The translations under genes and the position numbers were made by a program. A stretch of 63,106 bases of DNA, counting the filler, from Reticulomyxa filosa (taxonomy: Eukaryota; Protista; Foraminifera), in assembly GCA_000512085.1 (NCBI GenBank). It is 15 parts of 15 records of this genome, joined end to end, with 100 filler letters (N's around TTAATTAATTAA, not from the genome) between each part and the next. Parts side by side here need not be neighbours in the genome. Positions count along the whole stretch, not along the records: positions 1 to 6,045 come from ASPP01009269.1; positions 6,146 to 14,131 come from ASPP01007115.1; positions 14,232 to 15,750 come from ASPP01010689.1; 12 more parts are not named here. The stretch is one strand, 5' to 3'. Shown here in pieces: positions 1 through 14,269 of this stretch; positions within the stretch are counted from its first letter, which is position 1, and every line of letters begins with the position of its first letter. The notes beneath the pieces were generated by a model. The model saw nothing but the letters and a program-made list of their open reading frames with translations, searched no databases and was not told where the DNA came from.

Positions 1-3000
1 AGAAGAAGAAGAAGAAGAAGAAGAAGATGGGCCATTGTTATCAGGAACCAGCAATTGACATTCTTGCTGCAAACGAACAAACAAAAAAAGCGACAACCAA
101 GTTAGATGCGATATGTATTTTCACATTGAAATAATATTTTTTTTTTTTTAAAAAAAAAGGAATTACAAAACGATTTCAGGTGTGACAAATACAGCATCGA
201 CAAAATGCTTGATGATGGTGATAATAGCTTTGGTGGAATCCTGACACGTATGAAATCGGACCAACCCGCCGGTGACACTCACGTCGTTTTTGTTCAAACC
301 TTTGGTCTAGAAACAAAGGTGTCCACCCAATCAAAATCAAAGACTCGAACAAAGCCGACACTTTCCAAATGATCCGACAACAGATTGCCCGGCAGCAAAT
401 GCAGGAATGGGCTGCGGAGCTTGGGTAGTACTCCTCGGTCCATATACGTATACGTAGTCCAATGCGGGATATCGGTGTCAACACAAGTTGCTCGCTTGGC
501 CTGCCATTGTGTGGACGCAGACGAAAGATGCGACAGCTCTGCCATGCCGGTTAATGACAGCAATTCCCATTTCTTGTGGTCGACCATGCCATTCCATTGC
601 GTATTGAAATTCCACGACTTTTCAAAGCAGTCTCTGGAGAGCAGCATGTTCAATGTACTCCATTGGAATTTCTTCGAGTTGGCATGCAGAAAGACTTGGC
701 CCTCTCGCAAATCGATCGCAAACGACTGCGTCGGACTCAGGGCCAACACATTGGTCGAGACGCGGATCTTTTCGCATGACAAGACCAGATGCTGTTTCAC
801 ATCCAACGGATTGAACGACAAACAGCAATCAAACGCATTCACATAAATATTCGCGATATTCTGCAGTTCGGGGTACACGTGGTCCGTCGATACGTCTCTT
901 TTCGACTTGTTTTCGTAGGACAATTCCGACTTTTGCTTTTGTCGCAATTGAAACTCTAGATACTCCTTCACTCGTTTTTGCTTACTTTTCAATTTCTCCT
1001 GCATCCGCTTCGAGGACACTTTGTCCGGGTTTATTGCGAAAAATTCGGGAAGTTTCTTGAACCATTCCGATTCCAATCGAAATTCATGTGTCAATGCCCT
1101 TTTTTAATGTAATAATGTAATACACACATATAAATATATATATGTATATATATATGTCCATATAAACATATATATATGTATATATGCTTATATATGTGTG
1201 TATTACATTATGTAAAAAAAAAAAAAACCAACCGTAAGTTGATAAGAGTAAATACTTCCAGGAATGTGTTGGATTGATTTGGATTGGCTTGCAAAACATT
1301 ATCGTCAACATCGTGGACTCGAAGTGAGACAAAAAAGTGTAAGACGTCGTGGATGTCTTCGTCCGCTGCGCCCGACTCGCGTCGATCCGCGACGACTCGT
1401 GTATCATGTCGACGCCGGTTTGTGAGGCGCCCAGGATATCACTGGCATGGATCGGATACGTGGACAGAAAAGGGAACTTTTTGTTGGCCGAGACGTCGTG
1501 GACAGGGTGGATCTTGCTGCCAAATCGCTGTGTTTCGAGCGTCCTAAAGAACAAGGGCAGAGCCTTTGCACAAGTATTGGCATGGCTCACAGACAACGTG
1601 TTCGCAGACAACGTGTTTGCAGACACCATGTCTGTGAATGGCTCCAATTCATGCTCGAATTCCAACATGATGAGATCTCGTAAGCTCAATACCAGATATG
1701 AAACTGTCTTTGGCATCTTGGCCGTGTCGGCTTTCTCCGCGTCTCTGAGTTCTTTCTTGTGATCGATGGAGCTTTTTTGCGATTTGACAATGTGCGTCAG
1801 CTGCAGTTCTCGAAAGTCCAATCGAAAGGTTTGCGCGGGCAAACGACTCGCGTTGGAAGAGACATTGCTATTCGCGCACTTATTCTTGTCATTGTCTTCT
1901 GTAAAGTCCACCCTTCCCGAAGAAACCAGCACTTTGATGGACGAAATGAATGGCGATAATGACAATGCCTGCAGCAGCTTTTCCCTTTGGCGTTGGCGTT
2001 TACGAAAGTCGGGCGATTTGAAATACACTTGCTCTTTTTGTTTTTCTTGTAGTTTTTCAATCAACGATATTTTTTTTGCGGTTTCCTGTCGTTCACGTTC
2101 TTGTTCCAATCTATGAAAATTCATTTACAACAAAAAGACAAATTTATATATACATATATATTATATAAAGAAACCTCTCCAAACTCAGCTTTTGCTCATA
2201 GTCTGCTGGCAAACTGGTCACACTTGAAAACATTTCATTGTCGGTGTTCTCACTCTCAGTGCTAGTGTCAGTGTCAGTTTCGAATTCGATTTCGGCATCA
2301 ACGTGCGTAGGACGATGTGGCGCGGAAGGGGGAATAGGCTCTTCACAGATTGGTAGCAAAGGCTGTGTCCTTGGCTTGCACTTGCTGTTGTCCACGTCGG
2401 CAATGGACTCACATACGGCCGTGGGCGGCTGATAAAGGACCGGCGTGTAAGCTTTGCGTATCGTTTCGAACGTGTCGATGGCGGTCATGTACAGGTCAAT
2501 GAGCAAGTCGTATTGCGCCTTGGAAATGCAAGCGACGGCTTTGGGCAGGTGCACGTTGACATGTGTGGGCGCCAAGAAACGTGCTTTGATGGCAAACGTG
2601 CGTTTGGTGGCTTCCTTGTCTCCTTTTGGAAATTGGATCTCTTTGGTCTTGTCGTCTTCCCACCAACGGTAATGCGGGTTTTCCAAGTAGCAAATATTGA
2701 TTTCGTCCCATTCGCTATCACTTTTCTTATTGTCCTCATCGTCATGATCGTGATCATCATTATTGCCATCGTTATCATTATCATTATCGTTATCATTATC
2801 ATTATCGTTATCGTTGTCGTTGTCGTCGTCGTGGTTCTCATTTGCATTGCTGTTGTTGCGTTTGGAACTGCGGCATTGTCCCTTTGGACTCGTCTCGTCA
2901 ACAAACATGAATTGACTTTGTACTGCGTTATGTTCCAAGTGGTTGCGATAGATTTTCAACGATGGATACGTTTGAAACATTGAATCGTCTTTGTCGCAGT

Positions 3001-6000
3001 CGACTATTGATGCATCCACGTCTGTTCTCTTGCCATCACAGTCCACTCCATCATGGCAAGGCCCCGCTTTCAATAAGACTTCTTCGCTGTCGTTGTTATT
3101 CAATAGCACTTCCAATAGTTTGCAGTCCAATTGCCACATGTCTGAACTTGCATCACATCTTTTTTTTTTTGCGTATTGTGTTTATATGTGTGTGTGTGAG
3201 AGAGAGAGAGAGAAAGAGTGAGAAAAACTATTTCTTTTGCTTACACGTGAGAGGAAGAGCGAGCAGCCAATTCGGAAAATTTGATTGCTATGTTTTCCTT
3301 TCTGGGCAGCTTTTCAATCTCTTTGTCTCGAACAGAAAATCGAACGGTCAATGAAGTGGTTGTGATTTCCCTGAAGAATGAAAACACTTCATCATCGTCG
3401 TCATTATCACCAGCATTGGTATTGGTATTGTCATTCGGCTTCTTACCGCGATCACTATTATTACCATCGTCATTATCATTGTCATTGCCGTTGTCACGAT
3501 TGTGACTGTCGACTGCAGCGTTTGGTATCGACACATGGTCGTCAAACACGTACTCATCTTCGTGCACAGATATACTGCATGCCATGTTGGACGCAAATGA
3601 ATAGGACATTTTCTTGGAACGAGGGTTATGGCCAAGATTGCTCGCGCTAGTGTCACCTCGACCTACGGCTACGGATGTCTGCTTGACTTTGTCTTTATGT
3701 CTGCTGACATCGACATGTGGCTTGCCTTGGATCTTCTTGCCTTGTCGAATGTCTTTTTCAAACGAGGGATAATACGAAGGTGTGTTGTGTTCATCGTGGC
3801 GATCCGATTTGGACTGAGAGGTCAACCGACCGCATTTGTGTTTGTCGTTGTGTTTCATCACGTAATTGTGCACGCTCTTCTTTGCAAATGCATTGTATTT
3901 TATGTCGCTAGCAAACGAAAAGGCCTGCGAAATCAACTTCAAACGGGACAATAAATCCAAGTCCACTTCCACTTCGGCTGGTTCCAAATTTACACACACC
4001 TATTTCGAGATAACATTCACATACATATATGTATAATTTTTTTTTTTTAAAAAAACAAAAAAAAAAAAAAAAACAATTTAAAGACCAACAATGAAATGTT
4101 GGCAATGGATAAAAAAAGAATGAAGGATAAACTGTGTAATCAAATTCTTGTCGTTGCTCTGGCAACGATGGTTTGAAAGAGAAATAGCGTTTGTCCCACA
4201 CCGATTTTTGTGGTTGGATGAGTGGCTCTAACCCAGGGATGGAAGCTCCGAGCGACTCACTGTCGGACATTGCATCCTTGTTTTTGTGATTCGAAACTGT
4301 ATATTGCTTGCGCATGATGCATGTCACATGTGGGAGAGTGACCGTCGCAATCTTTTCTTCAAATTGTCTCTGTGCTTCCGAATCAAAGTGTTTGTGTTCG
4401 TTCTCATTTCCATTCGTATTGTCCGGTTTATTGGCTCGCATAATCAATATTGGCCGACGAACCAACTATCATTATACCAAAAAAAAAAAGGACTTGTGTG
4501 CAATAACATATAACTGAACAAATAAATAATAACAAAACTTGATTTGGACCGATTTGCATACATTCTTGAAACTCCTTGGACGGCAAAAATTCAAACATTT
4601 CGACTTTACCAATGGTGATATTCGTATACGCTTCGGTTGGGATTTGTTTCATCAACACGCGAATGTTTTGCAGATGCAGCGCGACATGGGCCGCATTGAG
4701 ATCCGACAGCCACGCCGAGCATGCGTCATAGTGCAACGAGTGTTGCTTCGTATGCTGCTGTATGTGGTCGTGTTTTTGCCTTTGTTTTGGTTTTTGCGTT
4801 GGCATTGATGTGAACGTTGGCGACTGCGCTTGCGATTGTTTGGATTTGTGTTTCAATTTATGGTTCTGCTTGTGTCCATGTCCATGTTGATATGACTCAT
4901 TGGAGTCACTCAAGAACCATTCGATTGGGGGTGTTTCTACGTTATTTTCCAACAAGAGGAGCATACAGCTGTAGATTTGCAAATCGATATCGATAATTGC
5001 CGGAGTGTGCATATTGTCATTGGCACTGCCATTACCAGCACCATTGCCATTGCCATTGTTGTCACCAGTGCTGTCGTTGTTGCTATTCTCTTTCGATGGC
5101 TTCTGTAAATTGGAGTGATTCGATTTCGACGTCACTTTGAATGACATATGTTTGCCACCAATTTTGGTTACATCTTCTTGACTTAGTTTGCTTGCCTTTG
5201 TGTGTGTGTGTGCATACATTTGAACATATACTTTATATTTATATATTTGCACGCGTATGTTTTTTTCCCCAAAAAAAAAAAAAAAAAAAAAAAATTCCCT
5301 TTTGGCAATAATTATATGCATTATAACTGGCTTTTTGCTCTTGTCAGACGTAGATGCTTTCATGTGGGTGGTGTTGTATTCAGCGACTAAGTCAGCCGAT
5401 GCGCCAATGGCGTTGAGAATATCGGCCAGCAACGCCAATTGCAAAGGGGTAAAGACGCCACGAATGTTGGGAATGAAGCCAAAGATTTCAATCTTGCGCA
5501 GATACTTGGGAATGGACGACATAAAGCCTTGTTCAAACCCGCGCTTGCCATGCCCGTCCTCCATTTTGGGTGTGTCCAAGGGCGCCTCAATGTCAAAGTA
5601 TGAGGTCTGTCCGTGTTCTTCCGGATCTCCATGAATGATTATATTGCTATGATCGTCCGTGGCTATCTCTCTATTTTTTTTTTTTTTTTTTAATATAGTT
5701 TTGTACACGCGCGTGTGTTATGTATCACTTTTTTTATTTATTTATTTTTTTTGCAATGTGCACTAGTGTGATAGGCCACGTATACACTTTGTGAACGTGT
5801 AAAACAATGTAAAGCAAGTTATTCCAAAGACACATAAAATAGGTCTTTTTTTTTTTTTTTTTGCAAAAGGGACAGTCTGATCGTTCAAACAAACAAACAA
5901 AAAACATACGAGGTAATGTTGTGAAACAATTGAACGACCAGTCCTGAGAAGCGAATCCGCTTTTTCCAAATTTTAACCGATGGCACGGCTTTGGTGGATT

Positions 6001-6045
6001 TATTGCTATGGTTGTTACTGTTATTGTTGCTGCGCTTGCTTTTGT
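1..6045 (-). CDS. ATG2: ATG2-like autophagy lipid-transfer protein, partial, multi-exon
   Basis: ORFs 4428-5708, 3908-4465, 3241-3999, 2144-3139, 1084-2124 and 294-1094 join through GT-AG introns. Segments IYVNAFDCCLSFNP, IRVSTNV..SFAIDLREGQVFL, GFVRVFDFDWV and VRFHTCQDSTKAII follow the order of the ATG2 central region. Two single-base frameshifts are needed (~302, ~1333). Confidence 0.75.
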
Positions 6046-6145
6046 NNNNNNNNNNNNNNNNNNNNNNNNNNNNNNNNNNNNNNNNNNNNTTAATTAATTA
6101 ANNNNNNNNNNNNNNNNNNNNNNNNNNNNNNNNNNNNNNNNNNNN
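6046..6145. other. Artificial contig spacer N44-TTAATTAATTAA-N44. Same spacer at 14132, 15751, 17999, 19327, 27787, 31864, 33092, 35340, 37529, 41750, 48545, 50842 and 57923
   Basis: Identical 100-nt block with stops in all six frames, repeated 14 times. Confidence 0.99.
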
Positions 6146-6230
6146 ATATATATATATATATTTATATATATATTTATATATAATTTTTTTAATTGAATGT
6201 GTAATTGTTTGTTTACACGTATTTAAAAAG

Positions 6231-8228
6231 AGATCGCGATTGAACCAATTGCTACAAGATCCTGAAGTCGCTTTGGCAAATGCGGTGGAAATCGTGAAGG
6301 AACTGGGCTTCTTGAAGTACTTGCGCGAAGACTCTTGGAACGTCGAGAAAATGCAAGTCAAAAAGGCCAAAGAAAAACACACGGCAACCAATACGCCCGT
6401 GCCCATCTCAACTCCAACCGTGACGCCGACTCCAACTCCAACTCCTACTCCTACTCCGGTGCCAAGTCTGACTTTAACGCCAACGCCATCGCTGGAGCCA
6501 ATTGACGCAAGTGAAAAGAAGGAGACGAAAAAGAAGAAGAAGAAAAAGAGGAAAGAGGAAAAAAAAGAAACGGAACATGAAGATGCAAAAGAAAAGGAAA
6601 AAGAAAAGGAAAAGGAAAAAGATAAAGAAGGAGGAGGAGTGTCATTAACATTGAATACGTCAGAGGTAAGCGCTTCTTGCACAATACCAACGGCAACGAA
6701 TAAACAAGCAAAAACATTCGAGTTGCCTCCGACGCAAATACAATGTGATGAAACGGACTCGGTATCAAAGAAATCGACGATAAGCCATCCGAACCAGTCG
6801 AAGAAAAAGAAGAAAAAGAAAGATAAGAACGACAGCCATAACAACGACAACAATAACAATAATAATAATAACAATGATAATAATGACAATAATAATAATA
6901 ATAATGATAATAACGAAGACGTGAAAGTGGATAGTATGGTGGGATCCCCTATGATGGCATTGTCGCCGGTGACAATGTCGCTGCCAACGACACCGACCAC
7001 AGGGATGACCCCTACGACTACCACTCCGCCGTCATCGTCGAACACAGCCAAGTCGCACTCATCAAAGAAGAAGACGACGAAGGTCTCTGCCACTATCGCC
7101 TCGAAGCAGTCGCAACTGCAAAGCAACGGTACGAACAAAGCGCCAGCCAAGTCATCGCCAAAGACGCCTGACAAAGTTGATGTCGAAGTCGACAAAGCCA
7201 ATGCTAATGCCAATGTCAATGTCAATGTCAATGCAAATAATAACAATTACATAAATACTGAAGCGAATCATGGAACAAAGAAAGACAAAAATGAGTTATT
7301 ACAAGTCAATGTATCGCTGCAAAAAATAAATGCAGATACTGGCAAAACTGCGACGAATACGAACACAAATACGAATGGCACGCACATCTCTCCATCGTTG
7401 CATCCATTGCTGAAGTCTGCTTCCAGTGACAATCGCCCGTCGTTGCATAAGCGCGGACGCAGCAGCAGCCAACTGACGGTCGAGCCATCGCAGCCGACAA
7501 ACAAGAAAGATAAAAAAAAAAAGAGTCAGAACGTGAACAATAACTTGGCGTCGCAACAAACCACCGATTCAAAGTCGAGCCAATACCGAGGACAAGGGGC
7601 ATTATTACCATCATCATCATCATCGTCATCATCATCGTCATCATCATCGTCGTCCACTCAAGCACAAACACCAAAGGCCAATGACAAAGACAAGAACTTG
7701 TTGGTAAAGTCAAAGCCAATTGCGTCTGCAAAGACCAGTTCAAAAGCAAACGTCACTCAATTGACTGTAAAATCGCAACGAAGGAGCACCACTGATGTGA
7801 CCGCTGGACCTAGCAAAACAACCAATACCAATACGAATACTAATACTAATACTAATACTAATACCAATACCAATGCCAACACCAAATTGGCGCAAACACA
7901 AAAAAAGAGCGTGGGAAGCGAGAAGCCCTCTTCCACGCAAACCAATGCGAAGAAGAAGAAGGACGTTCCTCCGCCACGCACTCTGAATCGCGACACTGCG
8001 CACACTGCTCGCACTCTTGCAAATCCAAAGCGAGGTGCAACATCGCGGTCAATCACCAGGGCGTCTAGCATTTCGACGCAGTTCCACGACCCTGCGCCAA
8101 CTGCCACCAAACACATCCACCCTTATCCAAAGAAGGCCTTTTCCCATAACTTGATGAAACTCAGTATCGCCGTTAATTCTAAGCCCGTTGCTGCTAAAAA
8201 ATCACCGTTTTGATTCATATACACACGC

Positions 8229-8261
<33 letters not shown>

Positions 8262-9185
8262 TGTGTATATGCTATATATTGGTTTGATTGTTTCAACAGA
8301 GCCAAACCAAATACCTCGTTATTAAGCCGCTCGTCAATGTCTTTGCAATCTGTGACGGATATCGATACGGAAGTGGAAGAAGAGAATGTACAACGAAGAG
8401 GCCCACATGGGCCGGCAATGCGTTTGGACGGCACGCAGGTGATGAAACGGCATGTGCAAATGCATGCGCGTCGTCGAAAAAGAACTCGACACAAGCGCGA
8501 GTTTGCAGAATTGAATTCGAGCGAAGAAAGCGATGAAAAGGAAGCTGAAGAGGATGAGGAAGATGGCATGCGACATCGAACAGGTCCGACAGATGGACAG
8601 ACTGCATCAACGAAACATTCGGACATAATAAGCACAAAGACAGAGACAGAAACAAAGAAAGATAGCAATGGATGGGATTGGGATTTGTTAGAAATGAACA
8701 ATAGCAATATCTTCTTGCTTTTGGACGACAAAAATCGACAGCTATTGCAAAAGATTATTGCGAAAGCAATGGTGTCGATTCCTACATTGACACAAGTGCA
8801 AATGTCCAATTGTGGCGTGGATGACTTTTTCTTGCAATGCATTGTCCAAAATATTTTGTCTTGCGATGAAAATAAAACTGATATCAATATCTCCGAATTA
8901 TGGATGCCGAGCAATCCCATCGGAGATGCCGGCATTTTGCAGCTGTGCGAACTGGTCAAACACTTTGAAAAACTTAAAGTCGTTAAATTACAAAACAATC
9001 GCAAAGATATTTCCACCAAAGTTTGTGCCACCTTGTGTGATGCCTTGGAAGCAAATCACAACATTGTCAAATTCGAGTTTCGATTTCGACATTTCCAAGA
9101 AAGGGATAGGTTAGATAAAGTATTGTGGAGAAATCAAGAACGATTGAGAACTTTGAGATTAGAACGTAAACGTTCGGAAAAGTAA
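6231..9185 (+). CDS. Large low-complexity protein with C-terminal tropomodulin/leiomodin-type LRR domain (5' partial; intron 8207-8299)
   Basis: ORF 6240-8213 splices in frame (CC|GT...CAG|A) to ORF 8337-9185. The C-terminus ELWMPSNPIGDAGI..LKVVKLQNN..LEANHNIVKFEFRF..RLDKVLWRNQERLR resembles the tropomodulin LRR plus capping helix. Confidence 0.7.
6836..6915 (+). repeat. AAT/AAC trinucleotide tract encoding poly-Asn; other coding microsatellites nearby (TP, KE, poly-S, TN)
   Basis: Directly visible in sequence and translation. Confidence 0.9.
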
Positions 9186-11502
9186 ATTTGTCGTCTTGTC
9201 TTTGTTTGTTTGATTTCCTTTTTTTTTTTTTGACTGTGAAAAATTGTTCCAAGGAAAGAGGCAAACGTATTCAAATAGTGAACTTCTCATTGGCCGCATA
9301 GTAACGGTTGATTTTTTGTTTGTTTATTTATTTATTTATGTTCATGTGTGTGGAGATTTTTTTCCAATAATTTTGTTTTGTTTCTTTTAGCGTCCAGTAT
9401 GTTTAGAATTTTGTGTTGTATTCACATTACTACTCACCTGGTTACAAATCTTTTTTGAAAATTTGGTTAAACCAATTTTGTGTGCATGTAAGTAAGGCTT
9501 GCTTTGATCTTGAAAGATTTTTTCTTGTCAGTTTGTGTACAATGTCTTCCAAAAGAACTTTTAATACAACGAAAATCGCAGAGAGCAATACAATAACTGT
9601 TCTCATGAAATAACATATCTGTTCTCCATTTTATTATCCTGATGAAGATTAATATGCTGCATACAATAGAGATAGTATGTATTTCAAAAAATCGTGAATT
9701 AAAAAAATGTCAAAGAATTACCCAAAGTAAACAAAAAAGACATATTGTGACGAATGAATACAATGACACGAACACAAGCAAAAAAACTTTTACAAAGCAA
9801 AAGAGAAAATTAAAGTCTTGGGTTTAATCTCAGTTTCATTTAAAAAAACAAGAACTCACACTCAGTGTTTTAAGGAGTTCGCTCTATAAATGAGCTTTTT
9901 ATCACTTGATGTTAAAAATCGTTCAAATTTCAGTCCTGTTAACAATTATATCAAATAAAGAGGTCCAAGATTATGATAGATTGTTGCGGTTTATTTCAAG
10001 AATTGTAATTGGTTATAGTTGGGTTTTGATGATTTGCTTCAGGTATACAATTTCTGTTATTCATATGGTTGTCATGTTTCGTTGTCAGCTTTGTATTTTA
10101 TACAAGCAAATGTGACTGGCAGTACTTTCTTATTTGCTACTGACATAGTGAAGGTTAAAATCTTTATAATTATTTATTTATTTAACATTTTTTTTGTTAT
10201 AAATAAACACTGTCATTTATCGATATATTATAATAGCACTTAACTGGAATTCAGTGTTAATTATTGATTTGTTTATTTATTGTATCATTATTTTTTTTTT
10301 TGTAATTTTGAATTATTTTATCAATTGTTTTTTTTTTATACTAATCATTTTTTTTTCACTATATATTGTTTTTATGTTGCGATTAGTACTGTTTTTATTT
10401 TGACATAAATTTTTTTTTAGTCGATTTATGCATTATTTTAATACATAAAAATGTTTTTTTTTCAATGACATTTATTTATGATTTGTTATTGTCACAATGT
10501 CAATGTTGTATTTGTTGTCGTTGATGAAAATGTTGAAGCACGCTTACAATACGAAGACTATGCTCATGTGAGTATCTTATGAGTCTATATGCTGCACTAT
10601 CATGCGAACAAAGAGTATATGCGAATTGACATTCAAGTTAACGACACCAGCGTTGCGAGATTGTATATTTATTCGCAGCAACTATAGTTTGCTTTAATAA
10701 ATAGCAAATCGTTATTTGGGATTTAACGTCACAACAATGCACAGTATCATTTGTGTATACAATGTTTTGATCATAGTATAAGTAATCATTTTAATTTTAA
10801 ATAACAACAATGGCCAGGTCATCTTACAGTATCTTCAAGTTTGGCGTTTTTATTTATTGTTTTTCTTTTCTTTCTGTCGAACATTTGCACAGCCAAATTT
10901 GCAAAATTTATTTTATATGTGTTTTTTTTGTTGGAATAGTATCAACATTGATTGAAAAGATATTGTTGTATCAAATTCATTTGCTATCATTTTGATTTTT
11001 TTGAGCTGTTTGGGTTCGATTGTATACTTTTGATAAATAAACATTTAAAATTTTATTAATTCGTGATACACTCGCATAAATTTACTTACATTCACACAGT
11101 GAACTTTTTCATATGGAAAATCTACATTGAATAGGATTAAATATAGAAGTCTGTCCTTTTGTGTTTTTTGTTGAAATACACGTCTGCATTATCTTCGTCA
11201 TGGGATGCGCTTCAATAAATTTACGTAGCTGTTTGCATTGAAGAGTAAAATATTTTCATTTAAATCCACGAATAAAAAACAGAGTGTTGACAACTCATAT
11301 CTTTCAACTCTGTCGAGTAAAATGTAAGCTACTCAAAAAAAAAAAAAAGGGATTGCAAACTTTTAAACGAGCGCTGAACAACGCAATAATGATAACTTAA
11401 GTGCAAACTCTCATTCGCAGTTATCAATATTTTTAAAAAGTATCAAAAATAAACATGCAAATAATTTGACCAAAAATTAAAGTGCTTTAGTTTCTAAAGA
11501 AA

Positions 11503-12109
11503 TCAGTCATATATGTCATTTTTATTTGTTTCATTCCAAACATCTCCTTGATCATCGTTATCCTGAGCAGCAACACAGATTAAAGGTGCTACATTCATAT
11601 CTTCACCTTCAGGGCACGAATAATGATTATCAATACAAAAACATTCGAGTTCGAATATTTTACTTGATTTCTTTGGAACTTTTAATTGCAAGAGCTTATT
11701 AACGTTGATGGGCACTTTAGGAATACTTTGAGAAGGACTTGAGGTTTCTTTCCTCTTTTATAAAATTCTTTTACAGCCAAATTTTGTACTTTCTAAATCT
11801 ATTTTGTTCGAATACTTGGCCTCGTTGCATTTCAATTGTTATATCTTCATCTGAGCTATTTTCTAATTCTATAATCACATAAAAGCTTCCAGAATTACCT
11901 GTGCATGACTTAATAATAATAGAGCCATCCCGCACTTTTTTGACGAGTGATCTTTCATATTCCGGATCACCATAATATTTTGGTTCAATTATAGTTAAAG
12001 CCGATTTTTCTTTACTGACTTTTAGTTCTTGTATTTTCTCCTCATCCTCTTGTATTCCTTGCTGAATTTTTTTGAGCAATGAATTGTCCAGAAACGGGTT
12101 ATCCTGCAT
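11503..12109 (-). pseudogene. Frameshifted gene for a small protein of unknown function
   Basis: ORFs 11771-12109 and 11503-11715 read as one domain (IELENSSDEDITIEMQRGQVFEQ / KVQNLAV / LECFCID..QGDVW) only with about two frame changes near 11795 and 11755. Confidence 0.5.
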
Positions 12110-13157
12110 ATTTTTTTTTTAAGTAAAGACCACAAAAAAGGAGTACAAAAAAGCAAGCTTGAAACTGAATTAGAGCCACTAGGTCCAAAACTGAGAAAAA
12201 ACTTTTCTGGAGTGAATATTACTCTGTTTTGGATATGGCAAGGAAAAAATATAACAAGAATAAGTGATATGACATGACTGTAAATCATGATGTATATGCA
12301 ATTTTCTAGATCTGTGTAAATCAGCTAAGACTTTTCAACACATGAACTACCATGAATTATTATACAACTGAACAGTGTGATTACTTTTTTGTTTAAGTCA
12401 ATTTTGTTCATTTTTCTCGAATTCAAATGTTATCTTGAATTATTCAATATCCATTGAGTTTCCCACCATAATTAAATTTACTTCGAAATGTCTTGTAATT
12501 CTTTTGTTTGTGATACAAAACTGTTTAGACGGTGCTTTATGTGATAGTTGATAAGATTTTACAAAAACATCAAAAATTTTACCAAAAAATTATAACAATA
12601 CTTTTTAAATCTAGTGTATATGTATATATGTCACATACAAAACACCAGCATCTTTTTTTTACATCACGTGCATCAGCGCGTATCTGGATAACTTTTAAAA
12701 ATAACTAAAAAATCAAATTTTAAAATTAGTAAAGATAAAAAATGATTACGTTTGCTTTTTATGGAGAAATCAATAATCTTTATAAGATGCGCAACAAAGT
12801 CAAAGATAATAAAGAAGTTTAATTAAATAGAAATTCTTGATAAATTTTGGTGAACAATTTACTTATTAAATTTTAAAAATGTAATTTTTCACATGTACAA
12901 GCAAGTAACCACATATCGCCTAAACAAGGCACAAAATTAACAAATTTAAATTAAAAGAAATTTTCAGTGGAAATGAAAGCAAATGGATAAAAAAAGCAGA
13001 CATGTTAATTGGATATTACATGCTGCTTAATTTTGTTTTTTTTGCACTTCAATCACACTTTTTTTAGATATACATTGCAATTTTCAATTAGAAAAAAACT
13101 ACCAAAAAAAAAAAAGAAAAAAAAATTAACAGACAGAATTGTGAGGCATTTGAATAA

Positions 13158-14048
13158 TTAAGACAAATTCATGGCGACAACATACTCTTTTCCAAAAATC
13201 CATCCTTGGAGGGTGACAAGGCCAAATTTGATCGAAATACGCCGATAGATATGATCGTTCCATTGAAACGTCAGCAGCATGGAGCTAACGGAGATGAGCA
13301 AGTCACTGGCAATGAAAGCGCTAAAAATTTTCGTGGAATAAATGGTTATAGCCGTGCAAATGGTAGAGGTGAGTGTGATACCATACAACACTGCAAGTTT
13401 AAACAGTAAATATTTCAATTGATTTCCACGACCTCCCATTGAAGATACAGCTTTTTTTTTTTTTAAATGACACTACAATTTGATCTTTACGCACATATAC
13501 AAATATTATAAAAAAAAAAGTATATACAAATATTAAATACAATAAAATAAATGAAATAGGTAAAGGTTATAAACCAACAATTAGTGGAACGGCGATCGGC
13601 GAATCTGGAAAATTGTTGGAGCCTGCGCAAGAAAGTGAAGGTGATGACAAAGGCAAGAAAGAAGTCGGAAACGAAGGAAGGAGCAAGAGCGAGGGATTGT
13701 TGACAGTGATCGATATACACTTTAAATGGATAGAAGATGGTGGGAACACCAAGCCCGAACAAGACCATGGAAAAATAGAGAATGGTGGTGTTAGTTCCGA
13801 ATTCGAACGCCGACCGGCGAAAGGTAATGTGAATACGGTAAATGTAAAACAGGTAAATGCCGCAGCGATGGAAGTACACAAATATAGCGGCAACTATGGC
13901 ACTCACGACGCATCCAAGGTTATAATCGAAAAACAGATTGAGCCCATTGATCAACAAGCAATACATCGAAAATATCATAGCCGATGTTGATGCCGCAAAC
14001 ATACAACACCGTGAGAAATTGTCAGGTTTTTTGCCAATCGTTTCACTT
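13158..14048 (-). CDS. Multi-pass (7TM/GPCR-like) membrane protein, 5' partial
   Basis: ORFs 13487-14002 and 13158-13439 carry successive hydrophobic helices and are joined by an intron (~13451-13577) with an A-tract AAG acceptor. Confidence 0.6.
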
Positions 14049-14060
14049 CAATAAGTTCAA

Positions 14061-14061
<1 letters not shown>

Positions 14062-14106
<45 letters not shown>

Positions 14107-14131
14107 GTTATTATTATTATTGTTATTGTTA
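14062..14131. repeat. (ATT)n microsatellite at contig end
   Basis: Directly visible. Confidence 0.95.
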
Positions 14132-14231
14132 NNNNNNNNNNNNNNNNNNNNNNNNNNNNNNNNNNNNNNNNNNNNTTAATTAATTAANNNNNNNNNNNNN
14201 NNNNNNNNNNNNNNNNNNNNNNNNNNNNNNN

Positions 14232-14269
<38 letters not shown>

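Noticed and set aside
6098-7246. 382-aa hydrophobic minus-strand ORF and many similar antisense ORFs
   Set aside because: Shadows of low-complexity sense exons (poly-K/N/T read as poly-F/L/V)
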